A stretch of DNA of 64,000 nucleotides from Clostridiales bacterium. Its GTDB lineage: Bacteria; Bacillota; Clostridia; Christensenellales; CAG-138. Made by a program: the position numbers and the translations under genes. Position 1 is the first letter of the stretch, and the number at the start of each line of letters is the position of its first letter. This document shows, one piece after another, positions 10,053 to 17,757 of the stretch. The stretch covers positions 61,038 to 125,037 of the forward strand of contig SFCQ01000003.1 of the NCBI GenBank assembly GCA_004558525.1, read 5' to 3'. Under the pieces are notes generated by a model that saw nothing but the letters and a program-made list of their open reading frames with translations, was not told the origin of the DNA and did no database searches.

Positions 10053-10250
10053 ATGGCATTGATGCAAAACGGCTTCAATGAGCCGGAGCTTCCCCTTGGC
10101 TTCGGCATGGCGCTTATGCAGGATGCAGACGCGCTCAAGCGTTACGCCACAATGAGCGTCACAGAACGATCAAGCTACATAGAAGGCGCAAAGCTTATTC
10201 GCTCCAAGGAGGAGATGCAGCGTTACGTTCATCTTTTCGGCCGTAAATAA
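10053..10250 (+). CDS. Small hypothetical protein (65 aa)
   Basis: ORF with upstream RBS GAGGTGAAAAGAG. Host-like composition. No family recognised. Confidence 0.4.
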   Translation: MALMQNGFNEPELPLGFGMALMQDADALKRYATMSVTERSSYIEGAKLIRSKEEMQRYVHLFGRK

Positions 10251-10260
10251 GGGATACTGC

Positions 10261-10299
10261 AATGTCGGAAAAGTGGCGCTCAGCCACTTTTTCGACATT
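10261..10299 (+). repeat. Repeat family fragment E (solo 3'-terminal hairpin)
   Basis: AATGTCGGAAAAGTGGCgctcaGCCACTTTTTCGACATT matches the 3' terminal hairpin/TIR of the long copies. A host hairpin follows at 10301..10333 (TTAAGGAGACG...CGTCTCCTTAA). Confidence 0.7.
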
Positions 10300-10349
10300 C
10301 TTAAGGAGACGGGGAAAAACCGCGTCTCCTTAACGGCTTATATCAATAT

Positions 10350-10481
10350 TCAGTGTGTTTCAGTTTGTTGTGACTGGCAGCTGCCTCGCATCGCGCAGTT
10401 GGCGCAGTTGCACCCGCAGCAGGACTTGCCCTGTTTTTTTTGACGCACAAGCCGCGCTATTATAAGCGCCGTCACGGCCAT
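10350..10481 (-). CDS. FeoB-associated Cys-rich membrane peptide-like ORF (43 aa, out of frame with the feoB remnant)
   Basis: My own translation gives MAVTALIIARLVRQKKQGKSCCGCNCANCAMRGSCQSQQTETH. The hydrophobic stretch extends upstream (ILISIAL) with no canonical start. It resembles the C-terminal tail of the intact FeoB at 51165 (KKKGCGCGRGCSKCKG). Confidence 0.45.
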   Translation of the reverse strand: MAVTALIIARLVRQKKQGKSCCGCNCANCAMRGSCQSQQTETH

Positions 10482-10821
10482 CAATGCAATCGATATCAGT
10501 ATCCGAGATTGAAAGCGCGCCGGCGTTCTTTTTACTGTAGCAGTTCTTTATTATTCCGGCGATGCAGACGTAACGCTCGTTGGTTATGATGGACTCCGAA
10601 TCGTCGTTAAGCTCCTTTTCGGCGGCTTTGATGTCGCTTTCTATATGCAGCATGGTGCCGGCGGGGATATTGAGCTTTTCATGCGCCTTGTCACCGCTCT
10701 CAAATATCTTTATGGCGTACCAGCGCTGCTGTTCAGGCGGCATATCGTGTACGGCTGCTTCCTCTATATGGGCAATGGCATGCTCAACAGGTCCGGAGAA
10801 GGTAAGCTCGTATCCGCGCAC
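10360..10821 (-). pseudogene. feoB: feoB remnant: only the helical linker domain survives; the G domain and membrane domain are missing
   Basis: RWYAIKIFESGD and ITNERYVCIAGII parallel E. coli FeoB RRWLGLQMLEGD and IADARYQCIAAI, and also the intact copy at 51165..53882. There is no GNPNxGKT G domain and no TM segments. Uses a GTG start directly after feoA. Confidence 0.7.
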
Positions 10822-10844
10822 AGTGACCTCTATAGGATGCCCAG

Positions 10845-11069
10845 CTATAATGCTAATTGAACCATTATCCTTCGGGCCAACTCTGCGCTTATAGCAACCC
10901 TGGCCTCTTTTACCTTCACTATTATGCTGTCACCGATCGAGGATACCACGCTCACCCTTCCTCCCGGCACAAAACCTATATCCGCAAGATGCTTCTTCAC
11001 CTCCGGACTTCCGCCGACCCTGTATATCAGGTTCTCTTCGCCAATATTTGCAAGCACAAGCGGCATCAT
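10845..11069 (-). CDS. feoA: Ferrous iron transport protein FeoA
   Basis: 74 aa FeoA/SH3-like domain (GFVPGGRVSVVS...IIVKVKEARVAISAELA). Ends with TAG. Confidence 0.8.
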   Translation of the reverse strand: MMPLVLANIGEENLIYRVGGSPEVKKHLADIGFVPGGRVSVVSSIGDSIIVKVKEARVAISAELARRIMVQLAL

Positions 11070-11100
11070 CGCATCCTCCTCCGCAGCTCAGTTAGATTTA

Positions 11101-11116
11101 TCTAACTATCGTTCTA
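11101..11116. promoter_or_regulatory. DtxR/IdeR-type operator-like palindrome, box 1 (feoA leader)
   Basis: GTTAGATTTATCTAAC is a perfect inverted repeat. It extends to AGTTAGAT-TT-ATCTAACT and lies about 32 nt upstream of the feoA start. Confidence 0.5.
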
Positions 11117-11159
11117 AAAAGAATGGCTGATCGACTGTAACCGTTGCATCCACATGCGG

Positions 11160-11175
11160 GTTAAGTTTCTCTAAC
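11160..11175. promoter_or_regulatory. Operator-like box 2
   Basis: GTTAAGTTTCTCTAAC, the same 16-nt GTTnnn...CTAAC architecture as box 1. Confidence 0.4.
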
Positions 11176-11184
11176 CGAAATGTA

Positions 11185-11200
11185 GTTTAACATCTCTAAC
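11185..11200. promoter_or_regulatory. Operator-like box 3
   Basis: GTTTAACATCTCTAAC, about 105 nt upstream of the DtxR-family gene start. Confidence 0.4.
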
Positions 11201-11305
11201 CGTTGTTGTCAACCCCTTTTTCAATACTTTTTAAGCGCTTGCAATTTCAGTTTCGATGTGCTACTCTTATGGAAATATATCAAGCCGGAAGGCGGTGCAT
11301 TTGCC

Positions 11306-11689
11306 ATGAAAATACTCAGAGCTTCCGAGGATTATCTTGAGGCTATGCTTATTATGAAGCAAAAGCATGGCTATATCCGCTCCATAGACGTTGCCGAGTA
11401 TCTTGGCGTAACAAAGCCCAGCGTCACATATACCACAAAAAGGCTCAGGGAGAACGGCTACATAACGATGGATGCCGACGGGCTGATAACGCTTACCGAC
11501 AGCGGCATGGAAATAGCCTCCAACATGCTTGGCAGGCACAAGGCGCTCACAAAATTCCTGATATCGCTTGGCATAGACGATATCACGGCCGAAAAGGATG
11601 CCTGCAAAATAGAGCACGACATAAGCCAGCAAACGTTTGAGGCCATATGCGCGCACGCTATGGAGCATGAAGGTAAGCCGGTAGAATAA
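11306..11689 (+). CDS. DtxR/MntR-family metal-dependent transcriptional regulator
   Basis: ORF 11258..11689 trimmed to MKILRASEDYLEAMLIM. Winged HTH (SIDVAEYLGVTKPSVTYTTKRLRENGYI) plus a DtxR dimerisation/metal domain. Divergent from feoA. Confidence 0.8.
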   Translation: MKILRASEDYLEAMLIMKQKHGYIRSIDVAEYLGVTKPSVTYTTKRLRENGYITMDADGLITLTDSGMEIASNMLGRHKALTKFLISLGIDDITAEKDACKIEHDISQQTFEAICAHAMEHEGKPVE

Positions 11690-11710
11690 CAGGTTTTATG
11701 CTTATATCGG

Positions 11711-11748
11711 CCATCAGGTCTCAGCAGGATACATGATGGCTTTTTTGA
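11711..11748 (+). terminator. Intrinsic terminator after the DtxR-family gene
   Basis: GCCATCA...TGATGGC stem followed by TTTTTTG. Confidence 0.6.
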
Positions 11749-11822
11749 TTTGCGCCACCTTCAGCTTGGCTGGCCCGTTATTAAATCTAATTTAGCGATT
11801 TCACATTGGAGAGATAACCACT

Positions 11823-13208
11823 ATGGAGGGTATTGAACGCAAGATAAACGCCGAAAACCGCATGATAACCGGCGTTATATGGAAGCAGATACTGTTTTTC
11901 TTCTTCCCGATAATGCTGGGCTCGCTGTTTCAGCAGCTATACAATACAGTTGACGCGATAGTAGTAGGCCAGTTCGTTGGCAAAAACGCGCTTGCGGCGG
12001 TCGGGGGCTCGGCCTCCAACATATTAAACCTGCTGATAGGCTTTTTTACCGGGCTTTCCTCGGGCGCAACGGTAATAATATCGCAGTATTACGGCGCAAA
12101 CGACAGAGACGGCGTGACCAGAGCTTTGCATACGGCTATATTGTTTTCAATAGTCGGCGGCGGCGCGCTTACTGTACTGGGTCTTTTGGGCACCGACGCC
12201 ATGCTCAGGCTTATGGATACCCCCGCCGACACGATGGAAGAGTCTGCACTGTATCTGCGCATAATGTTCCTCGGCATGATACCGAACATGGTATACAACG
12301 TAGGTTCAGCCATACTGCGCGCAATGGGCGATTCAAAAAGGCCCTTGTATTTTCTTGTAGTCGCTTGCCTTTCAAACGTGCTGCTTGACATAGTGTCCGT
12401 GCTGCTTTTCAAAATGGGCGTTGAGGGCGTCGCCCTGGCAAGCATACTTGCCCAAACCATAAGCGCCGTGATGGTAATGCTTTCACTTGCCTCGCCAGGC
12501 AGAGCCTGTCGCTTCGTATTCAAGAAGATGCGCTTTGAAGGCGACATACTTGCGCGCACAATAAAGATAGGCCTCCCCGCCGGAGTGCAATCCATAATGT
12601 ACTCGCTTTCGAACACCCTTCTTACCGCCACCATAAACAGTTTCGGCACGGATACCGTGGCCGCATGGGTGGTGCTCGGCAAGGTGGACGGCATAACCTG
12701 GATGATGCTTGGCGCGTTAGGCATAGCGTCTATGACGTTCGTAGGCCAAAACTTTGGCGCAGGCAGGCTGGACAGGGTGCAGAAGAGCCTTAAGATATGC
12801 CTTGGCATGGGCGCGCTTATAACCATCGGCTTCGGCGCCGGGCTGCTGCTTTTCGGCGCGCCGCTGTTTTCACTGTTTTCAAAGGACGCGCCGGTGATAG
12901 AGCTTTCCATGCGCCTGCTGTGGTATTTTGCTCCATTCTATTGGCTCTTTGTTCCAATAGAGATAATAAGCGGCACATTGCGCGGACTTGGCGATACGCT
13001 TATACCAACCGTAATCACCGCCGTCGGCATATGCGTGTTCAGGGTCATATGGGTGCTTGCCGCGGTTCCGGCTTATAACAGCGTATTTACAGTATCCATA
13101 AGCTATCCGGTATCGTGGTTGGTTACATCGATAGCGTTTGCAATATACTATCTTATAGTGCGGCGCAAAAGATTTTCCAAAATACCTGAAATTTTAGAGA
13201 AACAGTAA
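11823..13208 (+). CDS. MATE family efflux transporter
   Basis: 461 aa, 12-TM profile, with a typical MATE N-terminus (IWKQILFFFFPIMLGSLFQQLYNTVDAIVVG). Confidence 0.85.
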   Translation: MEGIERKINAENRMITGVIWKQILFFFFPIMLGSLFQQLYNTVDAIVVGQFVGKNALAAVGGSASNILNLLIGFFTGLSSGATVIISQYYGANDRDGVTRALHTAILFSIVGGGALTVLGLLGTDAMLRLMDTPADTMEESALYLRIMFLGMIPNMVYNVGSAILRAMGDSKRPLYFLVVACLSNVLLDIVSVLLFKMGVEGVALASILAQTISAVMVMLSLASPGRACRFVFKKMRFEGDILARTIKIGLPAGVQSIMYSLSNTLLTATINSFGTDTVAAWVVLGKVDGITWMMLGALGIASMTFVGQNFGAGRLDRVQKSLKICLGMGALITIGFGAGLLLFGAPLFSLFSKDAPVIELSMRLLWYFAPFYWLFVPIEIISGTLRGLGDTLIPTVITAVGICVFRVIWVLAAVPAYNSVFTVSISYPVSWLVTSIAFAIYYLIVRRKRFSKIPEILEKQ

Positions 13209-13221
13209 AAATTATTTATCC

Positions 13222-13247
13222 GGGGCCGCAGGCGCGGCTCCTTTTTT
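13222..13247 (+). terminator. Intrinsic terminator after the MATE gene
   Basis: GGGGCCGC-agg-CGCGGCTCC followed by TTTTTT. Confidence 0.65.
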
Positions 13248-13323
13248 GCCCTGCTTTTATGTGTTTGCTTAAATCTGCGCTATATGTTAGAATGGCATGA
13301 GAAACGCTTTAGCGAGGACGTAT

Positions 13324-13965
13324 ATGCAAACCAAAGATATCTCTCTGCCAACTTTGCGCAGATTGCCTGTTTACCTGCATTATCTTAATGCTATCAAGGC
13401 TGAGCGCACTAATATATCCGCAACGGCCATAGCAAGCTATTTTGGCATAAACGATGTTCAGGTACGCAAGGATCTTGCTATAGTAAGCGGCAGCGGCAGG
13501 CCAAAGACCGGCTATGTTACGGAGGAGCTTATCGCGCACATACAGGCCTGCCTTAACTGCAACCGCGAAACAAAAGCCATACTTGTCGGCGCGGGAAACA
13601 TAGGCAAGGCGCTGCTTGCTTACGGCGGATTTGACGATTTCGGCCTTAGGATAATTGCCGCATTCGATTCAGACGAAAACACGGTTGGGAAGCCGATAAG
13701 CGGAAAGCCCGTTTATTCAATGGACGAGCTTGGCAGGATATGCAGGCTTGAAAACGTTAAGCTCGGCATAATAGCCGTGCCTGTTCAAAGCGCGCAGAGC
13801 GTGTGCGACGAGCTTGTTGCCTGCGGCATAAGGGCAATATGGAACTTTGCGCCGGCTATATTGAAAAAGCCAGAAACCGTGCTTATAGAAAACGAAAACC
13901 TTGCCTCCTCCCTGGCTATACTTTCAAGGCACATAGGCAACGTAGAAAAGGAGAATCCACAATGA
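13324..13965 (+). CDS. rex: Redox-sensing transcriptional repressor Rex
   Basis: ORF 13297..13965 with ATG 13324 preferred (GAGGA RBS). Rex wHTH (LRRLPVYLHYL...ISATAIASYFGINDVQVRKDL) plus Rossmann fold GAGNIGKAL. Confidence 0.85.
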   Translation: MQTKDISLPTLRRLPVYLHYLNAIKAERTNISATAIASYFGINDVQVRKDLAIVSGSGRPKTGYVTEELIAHIQACLNCNRETKAILVGAGNIGKALLAYGGFDDFGLRIIAAFDSDENTVGKPISGKPVYSMDELGRICRLENVKLGIIAVPVQSAQSVCDELVACGIRAIWNFAPAILKKPETVLIENENLASSLAILSRHIGNVEKENPQ

Positions 13966-14900
13966 ACCTTTTGCATCTAAAATATGCGGTAGTCATAGCG
14001 GAGACAAACTCCATGACAAAGGCTGCCGATCTGCTTTTTACCGCGCAGCCTAATTTAAGCCGGGCGATAAAGGAGCTTGAAAGCACACTTGGCATAACCG
14101 TATTCAGGCGCACATCGAAGGGCATATTCCCAACCCCTCAGGGCGAAGAGTTTTTGGGCTACGCAAGGAAGATACTCGCTCAGGTAGACGCAGTTGAAGC
14201 CATGTACAAAAGCGGCGCGGAAAAGGCGCCGCAGTTTTCGCTCACCACTCCTGGTGCAAACTATGCCGCGGCTGCATTCGCGGAATTTGCAAAAAAGCTT
14301 GATCCCGCTAAAAAAGCCGAGCTTATATACAACGAAACAGTCGCGCCCATGCGCGTGCTGAGCAACGTTACCGACGCCGGCTACAACCTTGGCATACTGC
14401 GCTGCCAAAACGCGCAGGAGCACAGCATAAAGAGCCTGCTTGACGAAAAGCAGCTTCAATTCGAGCTGATATGCGAGTTTGGATATATGCTGGTCATGTC
14501 AGCTTCCCATCCGCTTGCAGGCAGCGGCAGCATTTCCGCTGACAAGCTTAATAACTTCACGGAAATCGCCTCCGCAGACCCATATGCGCCGACGCTGCAG
14601 CTTTCAACTGCGCGCAAAAACGACATTGAAACGGATCCCTTAAAAAGAATATATGTTTTTGACCGTTCAAGCAGGCTTAGGCTTTTAAATAAGATAAGCA
14701 GCGCTTTTATGTGGGCCTCTCCTCTGCCGAAGAGCGTGCTTGACGAGCTTGACCTTGTACAGAAGCCATGTAAGGATTCTCACCAAACATACAGGGATAT
14801 GCTCATATACCGCCGCGGTTATCAGCTCAGCGATATGGACAACGCTTTTATAGACGAGCTTATGAAAGTAAAGCGTTCTATGGGGTTAAACTGCAATTGA
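13962..14900 (+). CDS. LysR-family transcriptional regulator
   Basis: ORF 13803..14900 trimmed to MNLLHLKYAVVIAETNSMTKAADLLFTAQPNLSRAIKELE (LysR HTH). Its ATG overlaps the rex stop (ATGA). Confidence 0.8.
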   Translation: MNLLHLKYAVVIAETNSMTKAADLLFTAQPNLSRAIKELESTLGITVFRRTSKGIFPTPQGEEFLGYARKILAQVDAVEAMYKSGAEKAPQFSLTTPGANYAAAAFAEFAKKLDPAKKAELIYNETVAPMRVLSNVTDAGYNLGILRCQNAQEHSIKSLLDEKQLQFELICEFGYMLVMSASHPLAGSGSISADKLNNFTEIASADPYAPTLQLSTARKNDIETDPLKRIYVFDRSSRLRLLNKISSAFMWASPLPKSVLDELDLVQKPCKDSHQTYRDMLIYRRGYQLSDMDNAFIDELMKVKRSMGLNCN

Positions 14901-15038
14901 TAAAGGCCCATACCAAATAGAATATAATAGGTATATATACACTCTGTTAAGGTTTACATTATAGTGTTTATCTGATATCATAATGCTTAAGCTGAGGAAA
15001 TTCGGCTTAAAAAGCGCGTTTTGGAGGAAAAATCCGGC

Positions 15039-15776
15039 ATGAGCATCGCCGCGGACAGGATAATCGCCATAAGCACGGGTAAGACCGTGTACCGTGACGG
15101 TGAATCCGTAATCAAGGTATTCAGCCAGCCATATCCAAAGGCGCTTGTTTTTCGTGAGGCGCTCAATCAGGCATGCATGGAGGATTCTCCAGTGCGGGTG
15201 CCGCATGTGCAGCGCGTATTTTACGCCGAGCAGAACTTAGCCATATCTTATGAGTATATGCGCGGCAAAACGCTTAAAAGGCTTATAGCCGAGCAGCCCC
15301 AAAAAAGCGAAGAGCTTTTGAAGGTGCTCATAGATACGCAGCGTCTTATTTCTTTCTCCCGCGCCGATATGCTGTTTCCGTTAAAGGACAGGCTTGCAAG
15401 CAGCATATCCGCCGGCATAAACGACGCTATGCTCATTTATGAGCTTACCAAGCTGCTTTATTCAATGCCGGATGGCGCTTCCGCCTGCCACGGCTCCCTC
15501 GGCTTATCAAGCATACTCATTGGTGAAGACGGAGCCGCTTGCGTAATCAACTGGAGCAGGGCGGCGCGCGGATATTATCTTTACGATGCGGCGGCAAGCT
15601 ACATACAGCTATATATTGAAGGTGAGCAAGCCTTGGCAGAGGCTTATATAAGCATGTATTGCTCGTCGAACGATGTGTCAAGACAGGCCATTTCGCCTTG
15701 GATAACGCTTTGTGCGGCGTCAAGGCTCAGCGAAGGCAACGCGCGGGAGCGCGAGCTTCTGTGCGCTTTTATATAA
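15039..15776 (+). CDS. APH/choline-kinase-fold protein with degenerate catalytic residues (putative pseudokinase)
   Basis: ORF trimmed to MSIAADR (GGAGG 8 nt upstream). The kinase-fold layout has VIKV (beta3 Lys). The catalytic loop reads CHGSLGLSSILI instead of HGDLHxxNIL, and VINWSRA replaces IDW/DFG. Confidence 0.5.
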   Translation: MSIAADRIIAISTGKTVYRDGESVIKVFSQPYPKALVFREALNQACMEDSPVRVPHVQRVFYAEQNLAISYEYMRGKTLKRLIAEQPQKSEELLKVLIDTQRLISFSRADMLFPLKDRLASSISAGINDAMLIYELTKLLYSMPDGASACHGSLGLSSILIGEDGAACVINWSRAARGYYLYDAAASYIQLYIEGEQALAEAYISMYCSSNDVSRQAISPWITLCAASRLSEGNARERELLCAFI

Positions 15777-15817
15777 GAGAGTGTCTTAATCTTAATAATG
15801 AAGGAAGAGGTTTATCT

Positions 15818-16057
15818 ATGAAAATCACGATATGTATCGGAAGCTCCTGCCACATAAAGGGCTCGCGCCAGGTTGTTGAGCAGCTTCAGTCCCTCGTAAG
15901 CGAGCATGGTTTGACGGATAAGGTCGAGCTTGCCGGTACCTTCTGCATTGGGAAATGCCAGAACGGAGTGAACGTGATAGTTGATGGCGAAACATTCTCC
16001 GTAACTCCCGAGATCACGCAGACATTCTTTGAACGCGAAGTGCTTGCCAGGCTGTGA
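15818..16057 (+). CDS. Small thioredoxin-like [2Fe-2S] ferredoxin-domain protein (HfsA-like)
   Basis: 79 aa: MKITICIGSSCHIKGS...GTFCIGKCQNG (C-x4-C ... C-x3-C). RBS AAGGAAGAGG. Paralogue of 23041..23292. Confidence 0.75.
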   Translation: MKITICIGSSCHIKGSRQVVEQLQSLVSEHGLTDKVELAGTFCIGKCQNGVNVIVDGETFSVTPEITQTFFEREVLARL

Positions 16058-16083
16058 GCGTTTCGCTTGATGAGGTAGCCAAA

Positions 16084-17757
16084 ATGGATTATATTTCATT
16101 CAAAAAATCAAACTGCCGCAATTGCCATAAGTGCATACGCTACTGTCCGGTAAAGTCGATACGCTTTTCCGGCAACCAGGCTAATGTTATAAGCGACGAA
16201 TGTATACTGTGCGGCGAATGCTATGTGATATGCCCGCAAAGCGCCAAGCAGATAGTTGACGAAACGGAGATCGCGGCAGTGCTGCTGCACGATACCACGC
16301 CCGTATACGCAAGCCTTGCGCCGTCATTTGCGGCCTATTTTGAAGGCGTAGGCATAGAATCCATGCGCGAAGGCTTAAAAAAGCTCGGCTTTGCCGATGC
16401 TGAGGAGACGGCCATAGGCGCAACCTTTGTCAAGCGCGAATATGAGCGCATTGCAAACGAAGCGACTATGGACGTTGTTATAACCTCCTGCTGCTCAACT
16501 GTAAACACGCTTGTTGAAAAATACTATCCTCAGCTCACGGGCTGCCTTGCACCGGTCATGACGCCTATGCAGGCCCATTGTCAGGACCTGAAAAGAAGGT
16601 ATCCTGGAGCTAAGACGATATTCATTGGGCCTTGCCTTTCCAAAAAGGACGAGGCTGCAAGGGTAGGCGTGGACGCGGCGCTTACGTTTGAAGAAATAGC
16701 GAGCATGCTCAGCAAAAAGGGAATAGAGCTTGAAAAGAAACGCGATAACGACCATAACAGCAGGGCGAGGCTGTTCCCCACCTCCGGCGGCGTGCTTAAT
16801 ACGATGACCAACAAGAATCCCGCCTATGATTATTACTGCATAGACGGATTGGACAACGTTATTCCCGCGCTTGACGATATTCAAAGGGGCGGCATATCGC
16901 ATTGCTTTATAGAGATGTCAGCTTGCGCCGGCAGCTGCGTGCGCGGGCCTATAATGCGCAAGCAGCACCCCTCCCCCGTGCGCGATTATCAGCGGGTGGC
17001 AACATATGCGGGCGAGGAGGATTTTGACATTGCCCAGCCGGAAAGCAGCCTGCTTGCAAACGAATATCACTGCACGCTTCTGCACAAGGTCATGCCGAGC
17101 CAAAGCGAGCTTGAGGACATACTCAGGAAGATGGGCAAGATAACGCCCGATGACGAGCTTAACTGCGGCACCTGCGGCTACAATACATGCCGCGACAAGG
17201 CGGCGGCCATATATCAAGGCAAGGCCGAGATAAACATGTGCCTTCCCTACCTTATGGAAAGGTCGGAAAGGTTTACCGACAACATTTTGGATAACACTCC
17301 AAACGGCATAATAGTCGTTAACGATTCATACGAGATACAGCAGCTCAACAGGGCCGCCATGCGCATGCTGCATGTACATTCGCGTTCCGACGTTATGGGC
17401 GAGCCTTTGATAAGGCTGATGGATCCCATTGACTTTATAAACGCCAGCCAGTACGGCAAGCGCATAGTCAACAAGAGGGATTATTACGCCGAATTTGACA
17501 TATACCTTGAGCTGACTATAGTAACCGACAAAAAGTCAGGAAATATGATAGGCATATTCAGAGACGTTACTGATGAGGAAAGCGAGCGCAAGAGCAAGGA
17601 AACGCTGAGCAGGCAGACCATTGAAACTGCGGACAAGGTAGTAGACAAGCAGATGCGCATAGTGCAGGAGATAGCTTCCCTGCTTGGCGAAACGGCTGCG
17701 GAGACAAAGATAGCCCTTACTAAGCTTAAGGAGTCGATTGCAAATGAAGACGAGTAA
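16084..17757 (+). CDS. hydS: Sensory [FeFe]-hydrogenase-like protein with C-terminal PAS domain (HydS/HfsB-like, group C)
   Basis: ORF 16054..17757, with ATG 16084 preferred (GAGG RBS). N-terminal 2x[4Fe-4S] (CRNCHKCIRYCP, CILCGECYVICP). Variant H-cluster motifs TSCCS, GPCLSKKDE and EMSACAGSCVRGP, versus TSCCP, MPCTAKKFE and VMACPGGCVAGGGQP in the adjacent HydA. Extra CGTCGYNTC...C motif, then a PAS domain (PNGIIVVNDSYEIQQLNRAAMRML). Confidence 0.8.
   Translation: MDYISFKKSNCRNCHKCIRYCPVKSIRFSGNQANVISDECILCGECYVICPQSAKQIVDETEIAAVLLHDTTPVYASLAPSFAAYFEGVGIESMREGLKKLGFADAEETAIGATFVKREYERIANEATMDVVITSCCSTVNTLVEKYYPQLTGCLAPVMTPMQAHCQDLKRRYPGAKTIFIGPCLSKKDEAARVGVDAALTFEEIASMLSKKGIELEKKRDNDHNSRARLFPTSGGVLNTMTNKNPAYDYYCIDGLDNVIPALDDIQRGGISHCFIEMSACAGSCVRGPIMRKQHPSPVRDYQRVATYAGEEDFDIAQPESSLLANEYHCTLLHKVMPSQSELEDILRKMGKITPDDELNCGTCGYNTCRDKAAAIYQGKAEINMCLPYLMERSERFTDNILDNTPNGIIVVNDSYEIQQLNRAAMRMLHVHSRSDVMGEPLIRLMDPIDFINASQYGKRIVNKRDYYAEFDIYLELTIVTDKKSGNMIGIFRDVTDEESERKSKETLSRQTIETADKVVDKQMRIVQEIASLLGETAAETKIALTKLKESIANEDE

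Noticed and set aside
11770-11800. TTAAATCTAATTTAGCGATTT upstream of the MATE gene, considered as another metalloregulator box.
   Set aside because: The half-sites are in the opposite arrangement (CTAA..TTAG) to the four feo-associated boxes, and the dyad is imperfect.
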